A DNA stretch of 51,108 bases from the NCBI GenBank assembly GCA_049889335.1, contig JBMHDP010000068.1, positions 1 to 51,108 of the forward strand, read 5' to 3'. This DNA is from Planctomycetota bacterium. GTDB lineage: Bacteria; Planctomycetota; UBA1135; UBA2386. Numbering within the stretch: the first letter of the stretch is position 1; each line of letters opens with the position of its first letter. Both the position numbers and the translations under genes were made by a program. The notes beneath the pieces are model-generated. The model was not told the DNA's origin. It worked only from the letters and a program-made list of their open reading frames with translations, and ran no database searches. Of this stretch, positions 1 through 7,956 are shown in pieces.

Positions 1-1
1 G

Positions 2-277
2 GCGCAGGCCGAGGCCGCCGGCGCGCCCGCGGCCGAACCCCAGGGAGAGGTCTTCCCGTCGCCGATGCTCGGGACCTTCTACGCGGCCCCGTCGCCGGAC
101 GCCGAGAACTTCGTCAAGGTCGGCGATCGCGTCGGCGCGGACACCACGCTCTGCATCGTCGAGGCCATGAAGGTCATGAACGAGATCAAGGCCGAGCGTG
201 AGTTCGAGGTGCTCGAGGTGCTGGTCAAGAACGGCGAGCCGGTCGAGTTCGGACAGCCCCTGTTCCTCATCCGGTAG
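2..277 (+). CDS. accB: acetyl-CoA carboxylase biotin carboxyl carrier protein, C-terminal part (5' end lies outside the window)
   Basis: The frame is open from the window edge. It carries a biotinyl domain with the [11 protein letters not shown] biotinyl-lysine motif and sits directly upstream of accC. Confidence 0.85.
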   Translation, partial: AQAEAAGAPAAEPQGEVFPSPMLGTFYAAPSPDAENFVKVGDRVGADTTLCIVEAMKVMNEIKAEREFEVLEVLVKNGEPVEFGQPLFLIR

Positions 278-285
278 ACCCGTCC

Positions 286-1632
286 ATGTTCCACCGCATC
301 CTGGTCGCCAACCGCGGCGAGATCGCGCTGCGCATCCTGCGCGCCTGCAAGGACCTCGGCATCGAGACCGTGGCCGTCTACAGCGAGGCGGACAAGGACA
401 GCCTGCACCTCCGCTACGCAGACGAGACCATCTGCATCGGCCCGGCGCCGTCGGCGGAGAGCTACCTCAACATCCCCGCCATCATCGCGGCAGCCGAGAT
501 CGCCGACGTCGAGGCGATCCACCCCGGCTACGGCTTCTTGAGCGAGAACGCCCACTTCGCGGAGGTCTGCCAGAGCTGCAACATCAAGTTCATCGGCCCT
601 TCGGCGTCGGCGATCACCGAGTGCGGGGACAAGGTCGCGGCCAAGGAGCTCGCCGCGCGCGCGGACGTGCCGTGCGTGCCGGGCAGCGACGGCCCGGTCG
701 AAGACGAGCAGACCGCGCTCGAGACCGCGCGTGCGATCGGCTTCCCGGTCCTGATCAAGGCCGCGGCGGGCGGCGGCGGCCGCGGGATGCGGGTCGCGCA
801 CAACGAGCCCAGCCTCGTCACCGGGTTCCACTCCGCGCGCGCCGAGGCGGAGGCCGCGTTCAAGAACTCGACTGTCTACATCGAGAAGTTCGTCGAGAAG
901 CCCCGCCACGTCGAGATCCAGATCATCGCGGACTCGCAGGGCAACGTCGTGCACCTGGGCGAGCGCGACTGCTCGCTGCAGCGGCGACACCAGAAGCTGC
1001 TCGAAGAGAGCCCCTGTCCCGTGCTCGATCCCGAGACGCGGCAGCGGATGGGCGAAGCAGCGGTCCGCCTCGCCAAGGTCGCGAACTACGAGTCCGCGGG
1101 CACGGTGGAGTTCCTGCTCGACCAGCAGAAGAACTTCTACTTCATCGAGATCAACTCTCGGATCCAGGTGGAGCACCCCGTGACCGAGCAGGTGACGGAC
1201 ACCGACCTGATCCGCGAGATGATCCGCGTGGCGGCAGGCGAGCCGCTGTCCTTCCGACAGGAGGACATCGAGATGCGTGGGCACGCGATCGAGTTCCGCA
1301 TCAACGCCGAGGACCCCGAGCACAACTTCAAGCCGTCGCCGGGCCGGATCTCGACGTTCGTTCCGCCGGCCGGGCCGGGGGTGCGCTGGGACAGCCACGT
1401 CTACCAGGGCTACACGGTGCCGCCGCACTACGACTCGATGGTCGGCAAGCTCATCGTGCACCGTAAGACGCGGGCGCAGGCCATCGAAGCCGCTCGCCGC
1501 GCCATCTCCGAGATGCAGATGGACGGCATCGCCACGACCGCGCCGCTGTTCCTGAGGATCCTCGACCACAGCGACTTCTGCGCCGGGGACATCGACACCG
1601 GCTTCATCGACCGCTACTTCACGCCGAGGTAG
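286..1632 (+). CDS. accC: acetyl-CoA carboxylase biotin carboxylase subunit
   Basis: 448 aa. Motifs: N-terminus [17 protein letters not shown], glycine loop [11 protein letters not shown], and [14 protein letters not shown] (ATP-grasp biotin carboxylase). It starts 8 nt after the accB stop. Confidence 0.95.
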   Translation: MFHRILVANRGEIALRILRACKDLGIETVAVYSEADKDSLHLRYADETICIGPAPSAESYLNIPAIIAAAEIADVEAIHPGYGFLSENAHFAEVCQSCNIKFIGPSASAITECGDKVAAKELAARADVPCVPGSDGPVEDEQTALETARAIGFPVLIKAAAGGGGRGMRVAHNEPSLVTGFHSARAEAEAAFKNSTVYIEKFVEKPRHVEIQIIADSQGNVVHLGERDCSLQRRHQKLLEESPCPVLDPETRQRMGEAAVRLAKVANYESAGTVEFLLDQQKNFYFIEINSRIQVEHPVTEQVTDTDLIREMIRVAAGEPLSFRQEDIEMRGHAIEFRINAEDPEHNFKPSPGRISTFVPPAGPGVRWDSHVYQGYTVPPHYDSMVGKLIVHRKTRAQAIEAARRAISEMQMDGIATTAPLFLRILDHSDFCAGDIDTGFIDRYFTPR

Positions 1633-1649
1633 CGGGGCGCGACCTCACG

Positions 1650-2324
1650 ATGAACACCAGGCGGCGCTTCTCCGAACGACTGCTGCTGGTCGTGAACGTC
1701 GTCGTGGTGAACGCCGTCGCCGCGCTCTGGGTGGCGGCGTTCCTGCAGCCGGACGTGCTCGGCGCGAGCGCAGCGGTCGAGGCGGGGGCGCGGGTCCTGG
1801 TCGTGCCGCTGCAGACGCTCTCGGCATGGCTCGCGCTGTTCGCGGGCGCGGGGCTGCTGCTGTGGAACTTCGCGTTCCTCGTGCGGCGACGGGACGACCG
1901 CGCGCCGAGTCACTGGGTCGTCAGCGACGGGCCGGGTGGCCCCGTGCGCGTCACCAGGGAGGCTCTCGAGGCCGGGCTGCGCGCCGCCGGGGAGGCGCTG
2001 CCGGAGATCACCCGGCTGCGCGTCGGGCTCGATCTGTCGAACCCCAAGCGGCTGCGCGTCAGCTGCCCGTTCTCCTGCGCGGAAGGACGCGATCATCACG
2101 CCGGCAGCCAGCGGCTGCGCGCGGCGCTGGAGCAGCGGTTCCGGGAGCTGGTGCGGCTGTCCGACGGCAGCAAGCTCGAGCTGGAGCTTGAGTTCCAGGG
2201 CTTCGCCGGAAAGGCGGCGAAGGGCGCGCGCGACGTGCCGGCTCCCGCCGTGGAGGCCAGCGCCGACGACAGCTTCCGCGGGCCGCAGTATCCGATCGAC
2301 GACGAGGAGGGCGAGAGGCGATGA
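1650..2324 (+). CDS. hypothetical membrane protein
   Basis: 224 aa with two hydrophobic N-terminal segments followed by a soluble acidic tail. Its stop overlaps the pfk start (ATGA at 2321-2324). It only weakly resembles Asp23-anchor (AmaP-like) proteins, so no family is assigned. Confidence 0.5.
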   Translation: MNTRRRFSERLLLVVNVVVVNAVAALWVAAFLQPDVLGASAAVEAGARVLVVPLQTLSAWLALFAGAGLLLWNFAFLVRRRDDRAPSHWVVSDGPGGPVRVTREALEAGLRAAGEALPEITRLRVGLDLSNPKRLRVSCPFSCAEGRDHHAGSQRLRAALEQRFRELVRLSDGSKLELELEFQGFAGKAAKGARDVPAPAVEASADDSFRGPQYPIDDEEGERR

Positions 2325-3373
2325 CGATGCGTGTAGGCGTGCTGACCGGCGGGGGTGACGCCCCAGGCCTCAACGCCGCGATCTGCGGCCTGGGGCGTCG
2401 CCTCTACCAGCACGACGTCGAGCTGGTGGGCTTCGCCGACGGCTGGCGCGGGCTGATCGACAACGAGACGCGCGCGATCGACAGGCGCAGCTTGCAGCAC
2501 CTGTTGACCTACGGCGGCACGTCGCTCGGCAGCAGCAGCGCCTACCCGTACCGCGCCCCCGAGGTGGACGTGCCGAAGATCGTCGCCACCTTCGAGGCGC
2601 AGCGCCTCGACGCGCTGGTGACCATCGGCGGCGAGGGCACGCTGGGTGCGGCGCACCGCCTCCACGAAGAGCAGGGGCTGCCGGTCGTCGGCGTGCCCAA
2701 GACCATCGACAACGACCTCGACGCGACCGACTTCACGTTCGGGTTCTTCTCGGCGGTGGAGGTGGCGACGCGGGCGATGGACGACCTGCGCAGCACCGCC
2801 GAGGCCCACAGCCGGGTGTTCTTCGTCGAGTGCATGGGGCGCCACGCCGGATGGATCACGGCCTACGCCGGCGTCGCCGCGGGCGCCGAGGGGATCCTCG
2901 TGCCCGAGCGTCCGGCGCACGTCGAGGCCGTCTGCGAGCGGCTGCTGCAGGTGCGCGCCGAAGGTGCCCGCGCGGCCATCGTCGCCGTGGCCGAAGGCAC
3001 GCGGGTCTGGGAGGGCGGGGTCTGCCTCTCGACCGAGGATCGCGACGAGTGGGGCGAGTACCGCATCGGCGGGGTCAGCCAGCTGCTCGCCACCAAGGTC
3101 AAGGAGCGGACCGGCTGGGACGCGCGTCCGCTCGTGCTCGGGCACCTGCAGCGCGCGGGCCAGCCGATCGCCTTCGACCGGATCTTCGCGCTGCGCCTGG
3201 GCGCGCGGGCCGCGCGGCTCGTGATGGAGCGAAGGTTCGGTAGGATGGCGGCGATGCAGGCGGGCGAGATCGTGGACGTACCGCTCGCCGACGCGGTCCG
3301 CGCTCGAAAAGTGCTGACCGACAAGTTCCTCGACAAGTACGAGTCGTTCTTCTTGCCGATCGGAGGGATGTGA
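2321..3373 (+). CDS. pfk: 6-phosphofructokinase (family A; phosphoryl donor ATP or PPi not resolvable)
   Basis: 350 aa. Motifs: GVLTGGGDAPGLNAAI, IGGEGTLG, GVPKTIDNDL, MGRHAG. A GGAGG Shine-Dalgarno-like sequence lies upstream of the ATG. Confidence 0.9.
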   Translation: MTMRVGVLTGGGDAPGLNAAICGLGRRLYQHDVELVGFADGWRGLIDNETRAIDRRSLQHLLTYGGTSLGSSSAYPYRAPEVDVPKIVATFEAQRLDALVTIGGEGTLGAAHRLHEEQGLPVVGVPKTIDNDLDATDFTFGFFSAVEVATRAMDDLRSTAEAHSRVFFVECMGRHAGWITAYAGVAAGAEGILVPERPAHVEAVCERLLQVRAEGARAAIVAVAEGTRVWEGGVCLSTEDRDEWGEYRIGGVSQLLATKVKERTGWDARPLVLGHLQRAGQPIAFDRIFALRLGARAARLVMERRFGRMAAMQAGEIVDVPLADAVRARKVLTDKFLDKYESFFLPIGGM

Positions 3374-4614
3374 GCGAGCAACGGATTCGAGCGGGCGTCG
3401 TGATCGCGGCGCTGTTGTGGAGCGCGATCGCTCCGGCGCAGACCTGGAGCCGACAGCTGGGCGGGGGCCGGGCCGCTGCTGGGCAGCCGGGGCAGCCGCC
3501 CCAGGGCGGCTTCCCGCAGGGGCGCTCCGGGCAGGGGCCGGGCGGCCAGCCGCAGGGCGCGGGCGCCCGCAGCGGCGCCTATCCGGTGCAGCAGAGCCCG
3601 TTCTGGGGCGCGGACACCCAGGGGCCCGACGAGTTCTCCTCGATCTGGTCGGCGCCGTCTCCGCCCCAGTGGTCCGGGTTCCCGGCCTTCCCGGCGCGGC
3701 TGCAGGGCTACGGCAATTACCCGCTCCCGGTCGACCCCAACGACCCGACGGGCACCGGGGTCGCGCCGCCTTTGCCGGCCGCGGAGCCGGAGCCCAGCGG
3801 CTGGCCTTCCTGGGTGCGGCTGCGCGCGCGGAAGCCGCTGCCGTTCGCCGTGGACGTCGGCCTGCTGATCGCGCAGGCGGGGCGCGCGTGGTCGCGCGGC
3901 GGCGAGGACGAGCCGTTCGTCCCTTCGCTGCCGCACGACGACTTCGCGTCCCTGCCGGTCGGGGCCGAGGCGCAGCTGCGCAGCAAGGGCGCCCTGGAGG
4001 TGTTGCTGCACGAGAGCAGCCGACTGGAGGCGCGCGGCCCGACCGCGCTGCGCGTCGAGGCGCTCGACGAGCAGCAGGTCTCGCTGCGGCTCGACGAGCT
4101 GTCCTGGCTCCGGCTGCGGGCGAGCGCGCGCCGCCACACGCTCTCGCTGCCGGACGGCAGCGTGCTCGAGTTCGAGCCGACCGGCTCCTCGGGGGCGATG
4201 CCCGGCGGGCTCGGCGCGCTCGCGGCCCTGTTCGGCGGCGCGGTGCTGCCGGTCACGGCGCGCCCTGCGCACGTCGAGATCGTCCGCGCCGACGAGCCGA
4301 CGTCGTACGGGGGCCGCGCGTCGCTGACGAACTACGGCGGGGAGCCCGTGACCTGGCGTCACGCCTTCGGGGTCACCAAGATCGGACCCGGCCAGCGCGT
4401 CACGATGTTCTTGACGCCGCCAGCGACCCCGGCGCCGGCCGGGTTGGCGCCCGGCGACGCCCGGGTGCGACAGGAGGGCGACGTGGCGACGTGCCGCGCG
4501 GTCAGCGAGACCGAGGTGCAGTGGTGCGGCGCGCGGATCGCGGTCCCGGCGGGCGGGGTGGTCCGGTTCGAGTCGTTCGCGGGCCCCGTCGAGCTGAGCG
4601 GCGCCGGTGGCTGA
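3370..4614 (+). CDS. hypothetical secreted protein with a Gln/Gly/Pro-rich low-complexity region
   Basis: The GTG start overlaps the pfk stop (GTGA). It has a signal-like N-terminus (VVIAALLWSAIAPAQT), then a QPGQPPQGG-type low-complexity stretch, then a globular part of about 300 aa. No family recognised. Confidence 0.5.
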   Translation: MSEQRIRAGVVIAALLWSAIAPAQTWSRQLGGGRAAAGQPGQPPQGGFPQGRSGQGPGGQPQGAGARSGAYPVQQSPFWGADTQGPDEFSSIWSAPSPPQWSGFPAFPARLQGYGNYPLPVDPNDPTGTGVAPPLPAAEPEPSGWPSWVRLRARKPLPFAVDVGLLIAQAGRAWSRGGEDEPFVPSLPHDDFASLPVGAEAQLRSKGALEVLLHESSRLEARGPTALRVEALDEQQVSLRLDELSWLRLRASARRHTLSLPDGSVLEFEPTGSSGAMPGGLGALAALFGGAVLPVTARPAHVEIVRADEPTSYGGRASLTNYGGEPVTWRHAFGVTKIGPGQRVTMFLTPPATPAPAGLAPGDARVRQEGDVATCRAVSETEVQWCGARIAVPAGGVVRFESFAGPVELSGAGG

Positions 4615-5584
4615 GGCGGTGGACGCCGCTGAGCTCGCGCGTCGCGTGGCAGCGGCGGCCGAGCGGCTGCAGGGTCACGTCCTGCAGACCCCGCTGGTCG
4701 CGTGCCCGTGGATGTCCGAGGAGCTCGGCGCCGACGTGCGCTGGAAGCTGGAGAACGTGCAGCACACGGGCTCGTTCAAGCTCCGCGGCGCGACCCACGC
4801 GCTGTTGGGCCTGTCGCCGGCGGAGCGGGAGCGCGGCGTGGTGGCGGCCTCTTCGGGCAACCACGGCCTGGGGCTCGCCGCTGCCTGCGGCCGACTCGGC
4901 GTCGCCGCCGAGGTGTTCGTGCCGAGCACGACGCCCGCGGACAAGCGCGCCGCGATCGAGCGCTACGGCGCCGCGGTGGCGGTGCACGGCGACGACTGCG
5001 TCGTCACCGAGGGTCACGCCAGGGCCTACGCCGCAGCGCGCGACCAGGTCTACGTCTCGCCCTACAACGACGTCGAGGTCGTCGCGGGCCAGGGTTCGGT
5101 GATGGTCGAGCTGCTCGATCAGTGGCCGGACGTCGACGCGGTCTATGTCGCCGTGGGGGGCGGCGGGCTGATCTCCGGCATGGCGGCGCTGGGCAAGGCG
5201 CGGCGCCCCGAGATCGAGTTCGTCGGATGCTCGCCGCTGGCCTCGCCCGCGATGGCCGAGTGCGTGCGGCGCGGCGAGCTGGTCGACGTGCCCTGCGGTG
5301 AGACCTGGTCGGACAGCACCGCGGGCGGCGTCGAGGCCGGCGCGGTGACGTTTCCGTGGTGCCAGGAGCTGGTCGATCGCTTCGTGGACGTGCCGGAGGA
5401 CGCGGTCGAACGCGGCATGCGCGACGCCTTGTCCAAGCAGCACCTGCTGGTCGAGGGCGCCGTCGGCGTCGCGCTCGCGGCGTGCCGAGAGGACCGCGCC
5501 CGCCGCGGCGACCGGGTCGCCGTGATCGTCTGCGGCGGCAACCTGCCCTACGACCTGCTCCAGCGGCTGGTCCGCGGCGGCTGA
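4607..5584 (+). CDS. PLP-dependent threonine/serine dehydratase, short form without a regulatory domain
   Basis: 325 aa. Motifs: PLP-lysine motif GSFKLRGA, SSGNHG, and glycine loop VGGGGLISG. The GTG start overlaps the upstream gene by 8 nt. Confidence 0.8.
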   Translation: MAEAVDAAELARRVAAAAERLQGHVLQTPLVACPWMSEELGADVRWKLENVQHTGSFKLRGATHALLGLSPAERERGVVAASSGNHGLGLAAACGRLGVAAEVFVPSTTPADKRAAIERYGAAVAVHGDDCVVTEGHARAYAAARDQVYVSPYNDVEVVAGQGSVMVELLDQWPDVDAVYVAVGGGGLISGMAALGKARRPEIEFVGCSPLASPAMAECVRRGELVDVPCGETWSDSTAGGVEAGAVTFPWCQELVDRFVDVPEDAVERGMRDALSKQHLLVEGAVGVALAACREDRARRGDRVAVIVCGGNLPYDLLQRLVRGG

Positions 5585-5590
5585 GGTCGG

Positions 5591-6808
5591 CTAGGCCCGT
5601 CTGCTGCGGACGAGCGCCGCCAGCGGCAGCGTGAACGCCGTCGCGGCGCAGACGGCGGCGCACGAGGCCCACAGGCACGCGGTCAGGCCCGCGCCGCGGT
5701 CCGCGGCGGCGCCGAACAGCCAGCCGGACGCAGCGGTGCCTGCGAGCCTCCCCAAGGCGTTCGCGGCGTAGTAGAACCCGACGCGCTCGGCGGCGCGGGC
5801 GTCGTCGTGGATGGCGACGACCAGCCAGCTGTGCAGGCTGCTGGCGACCGCGAACAGCGCGCCGTAGACGCAGAGCACGACAGCGGTCGCGGTCGCGGGC
5901 GCGCCGTTGGGCTCCAGCAGCAGCGCAGCAGGGACCAGGGGCGCGAGCAGGGTCGCGGTCCAGGTCGCGGTCGCGCGCGCGCCGCGGGCCGGGTCTCTCC
6001 CGCGCGTCAGCCGCGGCGCCGCGGCCTGGACAACGCCGTAGACGAGCACCCAGGCCGCCAGGAAGCCGCCGATCGTCAGGTGCGACCAGCCCGCGCCGAC
6101 GAGATAGAGCGGCACCGCGACCGCGAACCAGGCGTCCCTCGACCCGAACAGGAACATGCGCGCTGCGCTCAGCCACCACGTGGCGGCGTCCTGGCGCAGC
6201 ACGCCCCGCAGCGTCGCCTGGGCGCGCCCGGGGACCGTCGGCAGGGACGCGAGCGCGAGCACGGCGAAGCAGCCTAGCAGCGCGGCCAGGGCGAGGTTGG
6301 TCTCGCGGAACCCCAAGGTGCTCAGCAGCGCGCCGCCGAGGAAGAAGCCGAGGCCCTTCATCGCGTTCTTGCTGCCGGTCAGCGCCGCGACCCAGCGGAA
6401 CAGCCCCGCGGTCCCGCCGGGCGGCAGCAGCGCCTTCACGTAGGTCTTGGCGCTGGTCTTGGCGAGGTCCTTGGCGACCCCGGAGAGCACCTGCGTCCCG
6501 GCGACGTAGGCGACCGTGAGGCGGCTGGGCTCCGCGCCGAGCAGCGCGCACGCGAGCGTCTGCAGCAGCAGCCCCGCGACGAGCGTCGGCTTGAGCCCGA
6601 AGCGGGCGCCGAGGAAGCCGCCGAGCAGGTTGGTCAGCACGCCCGCGGCCTCGTAGGGCAGCAGCACCAGCGCGAGCCCCCACGCGGTCTGGCCCTGCGC
6701 GTGCAGGTGCAGCAGCACGAGCGTGCGGAGCGCGCCGTCGCTGAGGGTGAAGCCCCAGTAGCACACCGTGACCAGCAGGTAGCCGCGCAGGTTGTTCGTC
6801 GCGGTCAT
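5591..6808 (-). CDS. arsJ: MFS permease of the ArsJ type (organoarsenical efflux)
   Basis: 405 aa, counted from the ATG at 6808. The N-terminal segment YLLVTVCYWGFTLSDGALRTLVLLHLHAQG matches the ArsJ signature as I recall it (YWxFTxTDGAxRMLVxLxFH). It is a multi-TM MFS protein. Its start overlaps the gap stop (ATGA), the typical gapdh-arsJ arrangement. Confidence 0.75.
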   Translation of the reverse strand: MTATNNLRGYLLVTVCYWGFTLSDGALRTLVLLHLHAQGQTAWGLALVLLPYEAAGVLTNLLGGFLGARFGLKPTLVAGLLLQTLACALLGAEPSRLTVAYVAGTQVLSGVAKDLAKTSAKTYVKALLPPGGTAGLFRWVAALTGSKNAMKGLGFFLGGALLSTLGFRETNLALAALLGCFAVLALASLPTVPGRAQATLRGVLRQDAATWWLSAARMFLFGSRDAWFAVAVPLYLVGAGWSHLTIGGFLAAWVLVYGVVQAAAPRLTRGRDPARGARATATWTATLLAPLVPAALLLEPNGAPATATAVVLCVYGALFAVASSLHSWLVVAIHDDARAAERVGFYYAANALGRLAGTAASGWLFGAAADRGAGLTACLWASCAAVCAATAFTLPLAALVRSRRA

Positions 6809-7803
6809 CCGTGGGCGCTCTGGATGCAGCGCGTGAGGTCGACCATGCGGTTCGCGTAGCCCCACTCGTTGTCGTACCAGATCATCACCTTGACCAGGCG
6901 GCCGTCGACGACGCGGGTGCACAAGGCGTCCACGACCCCGCTGCGGGGGTCGTTGGCGTAGTCGGAGCTCACCAGCGGTCGGTCCTCGACGCCGAGCACG
7001 CCCTGCATCGGGCCTTCAGCCGCTGCGCGGAGGACCTCGTGCACCTCGTCGACGCTCGTCTCGCGCTGCATCTGGAAGCTGCAGTCGGTCAGCGACGCGT
7101 TGAGCACGGGCACGCGCACCGCGACGCTGTCCAGCTTGCCCGCCAGCTCGGGCACGATCATCGTGACGGCGGTCGCGGAGTTGGTCGACGTCGGGATCAG
7201 GTTGACCAGCGCCGAGCGGGCCCGCCTGGGGTCCTTGTGCGGGCGGTCGACGACGACCTGCGTGTTGGTGGGGTCGTGCATCGTCGTGACCGCGCCGCGC
7301 TCGATGCCGATCGCGTCGTGGAGCACGCGCACGACCGGGGCCAGGCAGTTGGTCGTGCAGGACGCGGCGGTCAGGACCGGGTGGGCGGTGAAGTCGCAGG
7401 CGCGGTGGTTGACGCCGTAGACCAGGTTGGGGACGCCCCGCACGGGGTTGCTCACCAGCACCTGACGGGCGCCACGGTCCAGGTGCACGCGGGCGCGCTC
7501 GAGCCGCTTGGCGCGGCCGCTGCAGTCGACGACGAGGTCGACCCCGTGCTCCGCCCACGGCAGCGCCTCGAACTCCTCGACCTGCAGCAGCTGGATCGAG
7601 CGTCCGGCGACCTGCAGGCGGTCCCCGTCGGCGCGGACGGAGTGCGCGAACCGACCCTGCACCGAGTCGAACTCGACGCCGAGCGCGAGGCCTTCGGCGT
7701 CGCCGTCGGGCTCGTTGACCAGGGCGACCTCGACCCCTCGCTGCACGGCGGCGCGGAGGAACAGTCTGCCGACGCGGCCTAGTCCGTTGATGGCGATCTT
7801 CAT
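6805..7803 (-). CDS. gap: glyceraldehyde-3-phosphate dehydrogenase
   Basis: 332 aa, counted from the ATG at 7803. Motifs: MKIAINGLGRVGR Rossmann N-terminus, active site ASCTTNCLAP, and WYDNEWGYANR C-terminal motif. The longer ORF-track extension upstream is Arg/Pro-rich and implausible. Confidence 0.92.
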   Translation of the reverse strand: MKIAINGLGRVGRLFLRAAVQRGVEVALVNEPDGDAEGLALGVEFDSVQGRFAHSVRADGDRLQVAGRSIQLLQVEEFEALPWAEHGVDLVVDCSGRAKRLERARVHLDRGARQVLVSNPVRGVPNLVYGVNHRACDFTAHPVLTAASCTTNCLAPVVRVLHDAIGIERGAVTTMHDPTNTQVVVDRPHKDPRRARSALVNLIPTSTNSATAVTMIVPELAGKLDSVAVRVPVLNASLTDCSFQMQRETSVDEVHEVLRAAAEGPMQGVLGVEDRPLVSSDYANDPRSGVVDALCTRVVDGRLVKVMIWYDNEWGYANRMVDLTRCIQSAHG

Positions 7804-7944
7804 CTGTCTTCGCTGGGTGGAGCGGGGCTGAGGAGTGACTCCGTCTCCGACGATGCCCACCCGTCTTGGGGTTCTACGCAGCGCAGTGTGAAGATCGTTC
7901 GAAGGCTTGCAACCCGGACGGGGAGCAATCGGGGCCCGCCCGCG

Positions 7945-7950
7945 TAGACT
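7945..7950 (+). promoter_or_regulatory. candidate -10 hexamer TAGACT, 6 nt upstream of the M1 peptidase ATG (leaderless mRNA?)
   Basis: The hexamer has TAnnnT form in the context GCGTAGACTCCGGCCATG. No Shine-Dalgarno sequence lies between the hexamer and the ATG at 7957. Confidence 0.3.
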
Positions 7951-7956
7951 CCGGCC

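Noticed and set aside
3470-3560. Repetitive-looking DNA (GGGCAGCC, CAGGGGC units), and a similar stretch at 51000-51108, considered as tandem repeats or a CRISPR-like array.
   Set aside because: These stretches lie inside ORFs and encode Gln/Gly/Pro-rich low-complexity linkers of secreted proteins. There is no regular repeat-spacer periodicity.
7832-7842. GGAGT-G-ACTCC palindrome upstream of gap-arsJ, considered as an ArsR-type operator.
   Set aside because: A 5-bp inverted repeat is statistically unremarkable in 51 kb. There is no arsR gene nearby and no similarity to known ArsR operators.
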